64,000 bases of DNA, taken from Nitrososphaerota archaeon (GTDB taxonomy: Archaea > Thermoproteota > Nitrososphaeria_A > Caldarchaeales > Calditenuaceae). The stretch lies in assembly GCA_033581555.1 (NCBI GenBank), contig JAVQSZ010000004.1, forward strand, positions 19,321 through 83,320, given 5' to 3'. Made by a program: the position numbers and the translations under genes. Each line of letters opens with the position of its first letter. Within the stretch, counting starts at the first letter, position 1. Below the pieces are notes generated by a model. The model saw only the letters and a program-made list of their open reading frames with translations. It did not search any database and had not been told where the DNA came from. Positions 43,157-50,896 of this stretch are shown here, one piece after another.

Positions 43157-43978
43157 TTAGAGCCTCACGAGCTCTAATTCGAGCTCCTCCGCGATCGCCG
43201 CCACCGCCTGACGGTGCTGACCTGGAGTTCCCTTCCAGTCGAGCAGGAGGTACCTGCAACCATCGAGGACGCTTACCGCGGCCTCGCCCAGCAGGTCGAT
43301 CCCCTCGGGCATGCAGTACTTCGGGAGGACGTGCGTGACGTCGTAGAGGCGGTCGGCCATTACCCTCGTGAAGGCCGGCGCGTAGTGTCCTCCCCCCACG
43401 CCTATCGAGCCCCTGCTCGATGGCGAACTGGACCCGACCACCTTCACGCAGGCCTCCGCGACCGCCTCCGCCGCCGCAGGGTCCCTCCGGGCGTCCTCGG
43501 GCCCCCCGAACTCCACGTAGATCAGCGGTACCGGCGAGTACGGACCGTGGTGTGTGACCTCCAGACCCACCCACCAGCCCTCAAGCCTCGTGTCGGACCT
43601 CGCCTCCTCGGTTAGCGCGTCGAATGCGATCCTCGTCGCCCCCGCGTGCGTCGCCGAGATCCTCCTGGGCAGGCCGCCGTAGGCAGCCTCCGACGTCCAG
43701 TTGCCGGTCGAGTGCACGGTCAGCGCTTTGACGCCGTGCTCGGAACGGTGCGTCGACGCCACGACCAACAGTTCTGACCTGAGAGAGGCGAGCTCCTCGA
43801 CCCTTGCGTGGAGGTGGGAGCCTTTGAGGACGTAGGCCCTGAGGCCCCCTCTCAACAGGACCTCGCGCCCCTCGCTCTCGACGGACTCGAAGCCCAGCAC
43901 CTGAACCAGATACTCCCGTACCATCATCGAGGACTCGTCTGCACTCGAGAGGACGATCGATGCCCTCAATCCGCCCAC
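43157..43978 (-). CDS. dtdA: archaeal-type D-aminoacyl-tRNA deacylase
   Basis: STHRSEHGVKALTVHSTGNW, EVTHHGP, GGGHYAP, HVLPKY and DWKG, collinear with DtdA of Pyrococcus as I recall it. Confidence 0.8.
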   Translation of the reverse strand: MGGLRASIVLSSADESSMMVREYLVQVLGFESVESEGREVLLRGGLRAYVLKGSHLHARVEELASLRSELLVVASTHRSEHGVKALTVHSTGNWTSEAAYGGLPRRISATHAGATRIAFDALTEEARSDTRLEGWWVGLEVTHHGPYSPVPLIYVEFGGPEDARRDPAAAEAVAEACVKVVGSSSPSSRGSIGVGGGHYAPAFTRVMADRLYDVTHVLPKYCMPEGIDLLGEAAVSVLDGCRYLLLDWKGTPGQHRQAVAAIAEELELELVRL

Positions 43979-44048
43979 GGCGTCTGAGCGCCCAGTATTT
44001 ACCTGAAGTCCGTAAATACGTATATCGACCCGAGGGTCACCGACTCAG

Positions 44049-45506
44049 CTACAGCCTGATCCCGAAGAGCGTCTGCAACAGGACAGCGACCAGGAAGTAG
44101 CCGTAGAAGAAAGTCCCGGCCGCGAGGAGCAGCGTGGTCACCGGACCCCCGCGTATCTCCTTCGGCAGGAACTTGTAGTTCACGATTATCTGAAGCGGGA
44201 ACGCGATGGTCAGCGCGAAGAGGCCGAGGTTCGCTCCAAGCGCCACCAGCTCGAAGGGTTGTGCCCACCTCAGGGCGACTGCACCGACCATCAACGCCAT
44301 CGAGACTCCGAAGATCAGATAGAGCACGGTGTAGTAGAGCCTCCTGATGTCGTGCCCGAAGAGCCTCCTTACCTTCTCGCTCGCCGTCCAGAAGTTGTCG
44401 GCGATCACCCGGCTGACGGAGTCCATCAGGCCCCACTGCGTGTCGAAGAGGATCCAGAAGCCCCCAAGGAGCACAATCACCCACGCTAGCTCCCCGGCCA
44501 CCGCCTTGAGGGCCTCGGCCTGAGCGGCGGCCACCGCGAACCCGGTCGGAGTCAGGCCCTTCGGCACCAAGAGGGTGTAGGCCATCGTCGTCGTGACGTA
44601 GACGGTGACGAAGGACACGAGGCTGAATACGATCCAGGAATCCACCCTCAAGACGTTGAGCCATCCCTTCCATCTCCGGAGGTTCTCGGGGGTGATGGTG
44701 AAGGGCATGTCGTCCGTCGATATCTTCATGTTCCTCCCCCCGATGATCGCGGGGATGTATCCGGCCCTCGCTCCCATCCCCCAGCCCTTGTCTCTCGCGT
44801 AGCTGCTCATCATCAGGTTGAAACCGAACCCGGCCGGTATGTACGCGATCGCCGCAGCGAGGACGAACCAGTCCACGTTCCTCGGCAGGTTGACGGTGAA
44901 GATGCCCTTACCCACCTCGATCCATGCCGAGGTCGGCGCGGCGATCACCACCGCGGCTGAGATCGTCACGAGCATCAGGATCACAATGGGCCAGCTCAAC
45001 AGCTCGAGCGTTCTCTCGATCTTCCTCCCCACGTGCAGCACACCGAGCCCCACGACCATCGCTATCACACCCCAGGTGAGCACTAGGCTCGAGTGCGCTG
45101 GGCCCGGGATGGTCCCCAGCTGCAGCGCCACAGCTGCCGTCGCCGACGAGATCGCCCAGGCAGGCCACATGACGGGTATGAACAGCAGGACGGCCCACAC
45201 CCAGGCCCACGCGAGACCTCCAGGCCAAAGCCTCTGGTAGAACTTATGGACCGGCTGTCCGCAGTAGACGACGGTCTTCATCGATTCGACCGCGAGCACC
45301 GCTTGGAGGACGCAGGAGAAAGCCGCAGCCCACATCAGGTATGGCCCGAACCTCACGACCGCTGCCGGGAAGAGGATCCACTCGCCAGCGCCGATTGCCA
45401 GCGACGTCATGATCACACCGGGTCCTACAGCCCTAAGGTAAGACCACAGACCGGGCCTCGGCGGCTCGGGAAGCTCGATGACCTCCGATGGCTTTGCGGC
45501 CGTCAA
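44049..45506 (-). CDS. Nramp-related (LeuT/APC-fold) transporter lacking the canonical DPGN motif
   Basis: About 11-12 TM helices. N-terminal GPGVIMTSLAIGAGEW parallels Nramp GPG...DPGN, but the metal-binding D/N are replaced. Confidence 0.45.
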   Translation of the reverse strand: MTAAKPSEVIELPEPPRPGLWSYLRAVGPGVIMTSLAIGAGEWILFPAAVVRFGPYLMWAAAFSCVLQAVLAVESMKTVVYCGQPVHKFYQRLWPGGLAWAWVWAVLLFIPVMWPAWAISSATAAVALQLGTIPGPAHSSLVLTWGVIAMVVGLGVLHVGRKIERTLELLSWPIVILMLVTISAAVVIAAPTSAWIEVGKGIFTVNLPRNVDWFVLAAAIAYIPAGFGFNLMMSSYARDKGWGMGARAGYIPAIIGGRNMKISTDDMPFTITPENLRRWKGWLNVLRVDSWIVFSLVSFVTVYVTTTMAYTLLVPKGLTPTGFAVAAAQAEALKAVAGELAWVIVLLGGFWILFDTQWGLMDSVSRVIADNFWTASEKVRRLFGHDIRRLYYTVLYLIFGVSMALMVGAVALRWAQPFELVALGANLGLFALTIAFPLQIIVNYKFLPKEIRGGPVTTLLLAAGTFFYGYFLVAVLLQTLFGIRL

Positions 45507-45539
45507 GGCGATCAGGCGAATGAGAGCGCAATAATATAA

Positions 45540-45922
45540 CTATGAACGAAGAGGGACGTCGAAGTCGGGGCGACGCGAGGAGACGGTCCTCTCGCGTCTC
45601 AGTCTGTCAACCTTGTTTGCCGCCCAGAGTATGGAGACCGTGAAACTCGGGCTCAGCCCCAAAACTCCGACCTCTCGGATCTCCGCCCGGCGTGCGCAGA
45701 GTCGGTCGTGAGCTCCACTCGCCCACACCAATCCCCTCGATCGCTACCACCAGCTTCACCCACTGCTTGTCGTTCCTCGGAAGCTCATCCACGATGTCCG
45801 GCATCAGCGCGTCGGCAGACCGTCCAGTTCGGGGGCTCGCCCTACGCCCGGATCGAAGGCTATAGACCGTTCTCGGGGACCGCCCGCCTTCCCTAAGGCG
45901 ATGAGTTCCGCCCCCTCCCCCA
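45540..45922 (-). pseudogene. degraded TnpB-like (IS200/IS605-IS1341 orfB, RuvC nuclease) remnant spread over three frames
   Basis: My translation gives IAFDPGVGRAPELDG (cf. RuvC-I GvDxGi...DG), LVVAIEGIG (RuvC-II E), GVGEW/RLCARRAEIREVGVLGLSPSFTVS (cf. GWGEF..LEYKAA..G..V..V.P.yTSQ) and LWAANKV (cf. D.NAA.NI). Frames switch near 45804 and 45731, and the Zn-finger and N-terminal half are absent. Confidence 0.35.
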
Positions 45923-45925
45923 CTG

Positions 45926-45935
45926 AAAAAAAAAA
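45926..45935 (-). terminator. T10 tract (minus strand)
   Basis: An A10 run on the plus strand, ~75 nt downstream of the stop of ORF 46011-46199. Confidence 0.45.
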
Positions 45936-46010
45936 CAGCACTCCGCTAAACCCGTAGTTATTCCAATGGTTTTGACGGAGACCGCCGGGCTCGGTCGATT
46001 GAGGTCCATT

Positions 46011-46199
46011 CTAACCATTCAGGTCGAGCCGGTGCCTGGAAATAACTGCGGATGCGGCCCTTAATCTCTCTTTAAGTTTGATATTCTTAAAACATCTATA
46101 ATATTTACCGCGTCGACGTTCTTTCACCAAACAGATATCTTCACCCAAAACGACGCTACTTACATAGTCTTGACCGGTCCACCGCCGTATCGGAGGCAT
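46011..46199 (-). CDS. 62-aa ORF, possibly an N-terminal integrase fragment (very tentative)
   Basis: EDICLVKERRRGKYYRCFKNI resembles the '..ilrERkGrYYvYK..' N-terminal motif I recall from SSV-type integrases. It has an AT-rich promoter with TATA attatatatag and the T10 tract downstream. Confidence 0.3.
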   Translation of the reverse strand: MPPIRRWTGQDYVSSVVLGEDICLVKERRRGKYYRCFKNIKLKERLRAASAVISRHRLDLNG

Positions 46200-46361
46200 T
46201 TTAATTAAAAAGTAAGATTACGAGCTCAAACTCTATATATAATGTGACGATGAAACACTACTACAAAACGAGCTCCAACCAACGGTTCGCACGTGGCGTA
46301 AACTCAGTAATTGAATTAAGGCTTTTTACCCGCGGCCCCATTAACGGTCAACGGGAGAGGC

Positions 46362-47074
46362 ATGGCATTTGACTTGAAGCGGGAGATGCTGAGGCTTCTC
46401 GACGAGGACGAGGAGTTCCGGTACGCGGTCGCAGGCCGGATAGGCTTGCTCGAAATACTGAAGCGGCTGGACAAGCTGGAAGAGGGGCAGCGAAACCTTC
46501 TAGAAACCGTCGCTAGGCTCTGGGAGAACCAGAACAAGCTTTGGGAGGAGGTGCGAAGCCTACGAGAAGGCCAGAACAAGCTCTGGGAGGAGGTTCGAAA
46601 CCTACGAGAAGACCAGAGAAAACTATGGGAGACCAGAACAGACTATGGGAGGAGGTTCGGGACATCAGGATAAGCCTAAACCGGGTTTCGGTCACCCTTG
46701 AGAGGCTTACGATAAGCGTCGAAGAGGGGGCGCTCAGCTTCATCAAACACAGGCTGAAGAACGAGCTTGGCATCGACGTAGAGCTCGACAGGGTTTTCAT
46801 AGACTCGAAGGAGGTCAACATCTACGGCGCCGTGGACGACCTCTGCGTGGTCGGTGAGGCAGCTGTCAGACTAGGTACAGCTCTCGTTGACGAAGTCGTG
46901 GACAAACTGAATTTGATGAGGGCGAAGAGACCCGACCTGCTGAGGAAGAGGGTTGTCAAGGTGATTTACACAGATTACGCGACCCCGGATGCTTTGAAGC
47001 GTGCTGCTGAAAACAACGTCTGGGTCCTCAAATGGAGCGGCGACCTAACACCGCTCAAAATCGAGCAAGCCTAA
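46362..47074 (+). pseudogene. coiled-coil repeat protein with a C-terminal alpha/beta (possibly PD-(D/E)xK-derived) domain, split by a frameshift in the repeat array
   Basis: ORFs 46362-46673 and 46541-47074 join into one sensible protein if the reading frame shifts by -1 at 46631 (..KLWE|DQNRLWEEVRDIR..). N-terminus EEFRYAVAGRIGLLEILKRL; C-terminus EVNIYGAVDDLCVVGEAAVRL. Confidence 0.6.
46529..46668 (+). repeat. 42-bp in-frame tandem repeats (QNKLWEEVRxLREx): 2 full copies, 1 truncated (19 nt), 1 degenerate
   Basis: 46529-46570 and 46571-46612 are near-identical. 46613-46631 is cut short, and 46632-46668 resumes the unit out of frame. Confidence 0.85.
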
Positions 47075-47216
47075 GGCCTATCTCGAACACTCGACGCGTC
47101 GGTCGACGATGTGAATTCGTAGTTCTACTGTCCATATTCCCCGCTTTCAATTCCCTGATATAAATAATCAGGTATTGCTTGCAACAAAAAATAATTAGGG
47201 CTTCATCAACGATAAA

Positions 47217-47405
47217 ATGATGACTGAAACTAAGAGGGTGATAAGTAAACAAGGTTATATCGCGTTAGGAATTGTCAGTGCTGTGGTTTCATTATTTTTG
47301 TTTCCGCCATTTTCCGGCGGTATTTCAATACTTTGTGGCATACAGCTCTTCAAAAAATATGACGAAGGGTTGGGTTTGGCAATAATAATATATGTCTTAC
47401 CATAG
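47217..47405 (+). CDS. small two-TM membrane protein in the AT-rich patch (hypothetical)
   Basis: 62-aa ORF with two hydrophobic helices, preceded by a hairpin-embedded TATA (cctgatataaataatcagg). Confidence 0.35.
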   Translation: MMTETKRVISKQGYIALGIVSAVVSLFLFPPFSGGISILCGIQLFKKYDEGLGLAIIIYVLP

Positions 47406-47696
47406 GAGCTATCCTAGGAATGATTACATGGAGCACTTAAAATGGACTCCTCATAGCTTCAACTACTGGCTGTCGCGGCACATCCGCCCGACCAGCTCCT
47501 CACCCGCTCAGCAGCAACCCACGGAACCGGCGCACCATCAGCACTCTCAGCGACCTCAAACCCCAACGCGATAAGTCTCTTTCACCGGACCAGGAATAGG
47601 CGCCAGCCAATCCAAACCAGCTGGGAGCACTTCGAAGTTTCACCGTATGTTTTGTGTGAAAACCCTTAAATCACGTTCGGGGCCCGATCGGCCGAG

Positions 47697-49334
47697 ATGG
47701 CGGTCACGATCGAGGAGGTCAGGCAAGAGCTGAAGCGGAAGGTCGTGACGACGACCAGGAGCGTCTGCCCGGAGTGCAACAGGATCCTGCCGGCCGAGGT
47801 CTTCGAGGAGGACAACAGGATCTACATCCGGAAGGTCTGCCCGGTCCACGGCGAGTTCGACGAGCTCTACTTCGGGGACGCCAAGATGTACTACAAGTTC
47901 GCGAAGTGGCTGAAGGACGGCAAGGGGACGGGGAACCCCGACGTCGAGATGCCGAGGTGCGCCTGTCCCGCGAACTGCGGCCTCTGCAGCAGCCACCTGA
48001 GCCACACCGGCCTCGCGAACCTCGTGATCACGAACCGCTGTGATCTCCACTGCTGGTACTGCTTCTTCTACGCCGAGAAGGCCGGCTACATCTACGAGCC
48101 GACCCTCGAGCAGATCAGGGAGATGGCCCTGAACTTGAGGGCCGAGAGGCCCGTCCCGGGCAACTCGATCCAGATCACGGGTGGCGAGCCTACCCTCAGG
48201 GACGACCTCCCAGAGATCGTGAGGATACTGAAGCAGGTCGGCGTGGACCACATCCAGCTCAACACCAACGGCATAAGGCTCAGCAAGGACTTCGAGTACT
48301 TCAAGAGGCTGAAGGAGGCCGGGATCAGCAACCTCTACCTCAGCTTCGACGGCGTCACGCCAAGGACTAACCCGAAGAACCACTGGGAGGTGCCAGGCGT
48401 CCTCGAGAACGCGAGGAAGCTCGGGATCGGAGTCGTACTGGTGCCCACGGTGATCAAGAGCGTCAACGACCAGGAGCTAGGCGACATCGTGCGATTCGGG
48501 TTCGCGAACATCGACGTCGTCAGGGCGGTCAACTTCCAACCCGTCAGCCTCACGGGCAGGATGCCGAAGAAGGAGCGTGAGAAGTACAGGATCACGATCC
48601 CCGACTGCATCGCGAGGATCGAGGATCAGACAAACGGCGAGATCCCGAGGGATGCATGGTTCCCCGTTCCAGCCTGCACACCTCTCACAGGCTTCTTGGA
48701 GGCCCTGACGAGAAGGGCCCACTACGAGCTGAGCATTCACTTCGTCTGTGGCGCCGGCACCTACGTCTTCAAGGACGGCGACCGGATGGTCCCGCTGACC
48801 GCCTTCGTCGACGTCGAGGGCCTGATCAAGTACCTCCAGGACAAGGCGGAGGAGATCGAGGCCGGCCGTAACAGGGCCTGGGTCGGGCTGAAGGTCCTCT
48901 GGAACATCGGGAAGTTCATCAACGAGAGGAGGCAGCCGGCGGGCATGAACCTCAAGAGGATGCTCTTCGACATCTTGGTCAAGCACGACTACAAGAGCGT
49001 CGGCGACTGGCACAGGAGGTCTCTCTTCCTAGGGATGATGCACTTCCAGGACAAGTACAATCACGACGAGGAGCGGCTCAGGCGGTGCGACATTCACTAC
49101 CTCACTCCCGACAACAGGATCATCCCGTTCTGCGCCTTCAACGTCATCCCGGAGTGGTACAGGGACAGGATCCAGTCGGTCTATGGCGTCTCGATCGAGG
49201 AGTGGGAGAGGAGGACGGGAAGGAAGCTCTCGGACGACTTCTACAAGAGGAAGCTCCCGGTGAAGCAGGCCGCGGTGCCAATGGCCTCGACGAAGACCGC
49301 CGGCTTCGGCGGACTGGTCCAGGAGACTGCCTGA
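47697..49334 (+). CDS. tes: radical SAM protein of the COG1964 / tetraether lipid synthase (Tes, GDGT-MAS)-like family
   Basis: N-terminal CPECN...CPVHG (rubredoxin-like site), CPANCGLC, radical-SAM NRCDLHCWYC, ITGGEPTLR, VNFQPVSLTGR and C-terminal CDIHYLTPDNRIIPFCAFN. Size and motif order match MJ0619-type proteins as I recall them. Confidence 0.55.
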   Translation: MAVTIEEVRQELKRKVVTTTRSVCPECNRILPAEVFEEDNRIYIRKVCPVHGEFDELYFGDAKMYYKFAKWLKDGKGTGNPDVEMPRCACPANCGLCSSHLSHTGLANLVITNRCDLHCWYCFFYAEKAGYIYEPTLEQIREMALNLRAERPVPGNSIQITGGEPTLRDDLPEIVRILKQVGVDHIQLNTNGIRLSKDFEYFKRLKEAGISNLYLSFDGVTPRTNPKNHWEVPGVLENARKLGIGVVLVPTVIKSVNDQELGDIVRFGFANIDVVRAVNFQPVSLTGRMPKKEREKYRITIPDCIARIEDQTNGEIPRDAWFPVPACTPLTGFLEALTRRAHYELSIHFVCGAGTYVFKDGDRMVPLTAFVDVEGLIKYLQDKAEEIEAGRNRAWVGLKVLWNIGKFINERRQPAGMNLKRMLFDILVKHDYKSVGDWHRRSLFLGMMHFQDKYNHDEERLRRCDIHYLTPDNRIIPFCAFNVIPEWYRDRIQSVYGVSIEEWERRTGRKLSDDFYKRKLPVKQAAVPMASTKTAGFGGLVQETA

Positions 49335-49519
49335 GTTCAGAACCGGTATTTCTCAGCCGCTTTAACGCATCCTCTGACCCTTCTGCGTAGCCTATAAAGA
49401 CCCTTGTCACCCCAGTTGACGCGGACGTAGATAACGATCACCGTGTAAGCGAGCGTGGTAAGGCATGCGTGACCGCGCCAAAAAGATCGAGGGGTGCCAT
49501 AAGCGGGTTTCGCGCTTTT

Positions 49520-50896
49520 TCAGCGTACGCTGGAGTATAGAACATGACCCGGGTCGAGAGCGTCCTTTATCTTAGAGAGGATGGTCAGCGCCGGTCCCGG
49601 ATCACTTTCAAGCCATCTCCTCCTCAACTGTCCGACGCCGTGGTGATGGCTTATCGTCGCACCGACCTCCAGCGCCGTTTCGAAAGCCGTCTCCACAATC
49701 TTCCAGTATAAGTCTGGATCCTTCTCGTACACGACGGTGAAGTATAGTGCGCCTCCGTTCGCGTAAAAGTGCGAGGCGTGAGCCAGGACTCCAGCGACTC
49801 CGGGAAGCTTACTGATCCTGCTCCGAATCGCCTCGTGGAGACCCGGGAGCTTGGACCACGTAGACGCGACGTCTATGGTCTCGAACCACAAGCCCATAGA
49901 GTCCAGGAGCTTAATTTCATTCAGGTAGTCGAACCTAGACTTGAGCCATGAGTCGTAGGGCCCGTCGCCCACGAAGTAGCCGCCCAGTTCCTCGACCCTC
50001 TTTCTGACCTTCTCCCACGTGGCCGTCACGAGCTCATGTTCGTAACCCTCGTAACCCAAAAGCAGCACCGATTTACTCGAACCGAACCTCATTGCCGATT
50101 CGGCCTCGTCGGACAACCGGGCCAACGATGGCTTCATCCCCCTGATCATCAGCTCCTTCACGATCTTCAGGCCTCCGCTGAAGCTCGGCGTCTCAAAGGC
50201 TGCCTTGACCGAGTGCTTGGGCACCGGGAGCACCCTCAGCGTTGCCTTGGTGATCACGCCGAAGGCACCCTCGGATCCGACGAAGAGGTGAACGAGGTTA
50301 GGGCCCATGGACGACCGAGGAGTTAGCACGTTCCTGGTCCACAGGATGTCCCCAGTGGGCGTCACGACCTCGAGGTTCAGGACCAGGTCCTCGACGTTGC
50401 CGTAACCCGTGCTGTACTGGCCTGAGCTCATCGACGCTATGCAACCGCCCACGGAAGCCAGGTGGAAAGACTGGGGCACGTGCCTCAGGGTGTACCCCCG
50501 TCCCATGAGCCAGTCTTCGAGGTCGCAGAGCAGGACGCCCGCCTCGGCCGTGACCGTTAGGTCCTCCTCGCTGAAGTCGATCACCCTGTTCATCCTGCTC
50601 AAGCTCAGCACCACGCAGTCGTCCGAAGGGGCGGAGGCCCCCGTGACGCTCGAGCCGCCTCCGTGCACGACGACGCGGACTCGGTGCTCGTTGGCCTTCC
50701 TGAGCACGTAAGAGACCTCCTCGGCGCTCTCGACGAATATCACGGCCCTAGGTTTGAACTTCCACGAGCCCAGCTTCTCCAGCAGCATCGCCAGAGGCCA
50801 CCAGTCCCTCGAGTACTTGCTGGTCACCTCCGCGTCAGTTCTGACGTCGTCGCCCAAGGACCAGCTCACGTCCCTGATGAACTCCTCTAGGCCCAT
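49520..50896 (-). CDS. FAD-linked oxidase (GlcD / D-lactate dehydrogenase / alkyl-DHAP synthase family)
   Basis: FAD_binding_4-type VVVHGGGSSVTG and a C-terminal HHHGVG motif. ATG 50896 (MGLEEF) overlaps the upstream stop by 10 nt; the first 63 codons of the track ORF are Arg/Gly-rich, low-complexity sequence. Confidence 0.75.
   Translation of the reverse strand: MGLEEFIRDVSWSLGDDVRTDAEVTSKYSRDWWPLAMLLEKLGSWKFKPRAVIFVESAEEVSYVLRKANEHRVRVVVHGGGSSVTGASAPSDDCVVLSLSRMNRVIDFSEEDLTVTAEAGVLLCDLEDWLMGRGYTLRHVPQSFHLASVGGCIASMSSGQYSTGYGNVEDLVLNLEVVTPTGDILWTRNVLTPRSSMGPNLVHLFVGSEGAFGVITKATLRVLPVPKHSVKAAFETPSFSGGLKIVKELMIRGMKPSLARLSDEAESAMRFGSSKSVLLLGYEGYEHELVTATWEKVRKRVEELGGYFVGDGPYDSWLKSRFDYLNEIKLLDSMGLWFETIDVASTWSKLPGLHEAIRSRISKLPGVAGVLAHASHFYANGGALYFTVVYEKDPDLYWKIVETAFETALEVGATISHHHGVGQLRRRWLESDPGPALTILSKIKDALDPGHVLYSSVR

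Larger units (their letters stand above)
45926..47460. mobile_element. low-GC, gene-poor patch: putative remnant of an integrated element
   Basis: Counted GC is 16/60 (46201-46260), 17/60 (47161-47220) and 25/60 (47401-47460), against 35-40/60 in flanking core lines. It contains only short or disrupted ORFs. Confidence 0.35.

Noticed and set aside
45880-47600. Possible direct repeats (att sites) flanking the AT-rich patch: ACTCATCGCCTTAGGG (~45895-45910, minus-strand sense) against ACTTATCGCGTTGGGG (~47561-47576).
   Set aside because: Only 13 of 16 positions match, and I estimate roughly a 10-20% chance of such a match between two 200-nt regions. Similarity does not extend beyond the 16 nt.
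47635-47643. GTTTCACCG upstream of tes, matching the motif in the cupredoxin spacer (41591-41599), considered as evidence for a common regulator.
   Set aside because: An 8-9-mer is expected by chance about twice in 128 kb of two-strand sequence, and another copy lies inside a CDS (54361). I mention it only as context, not as a regulon call.
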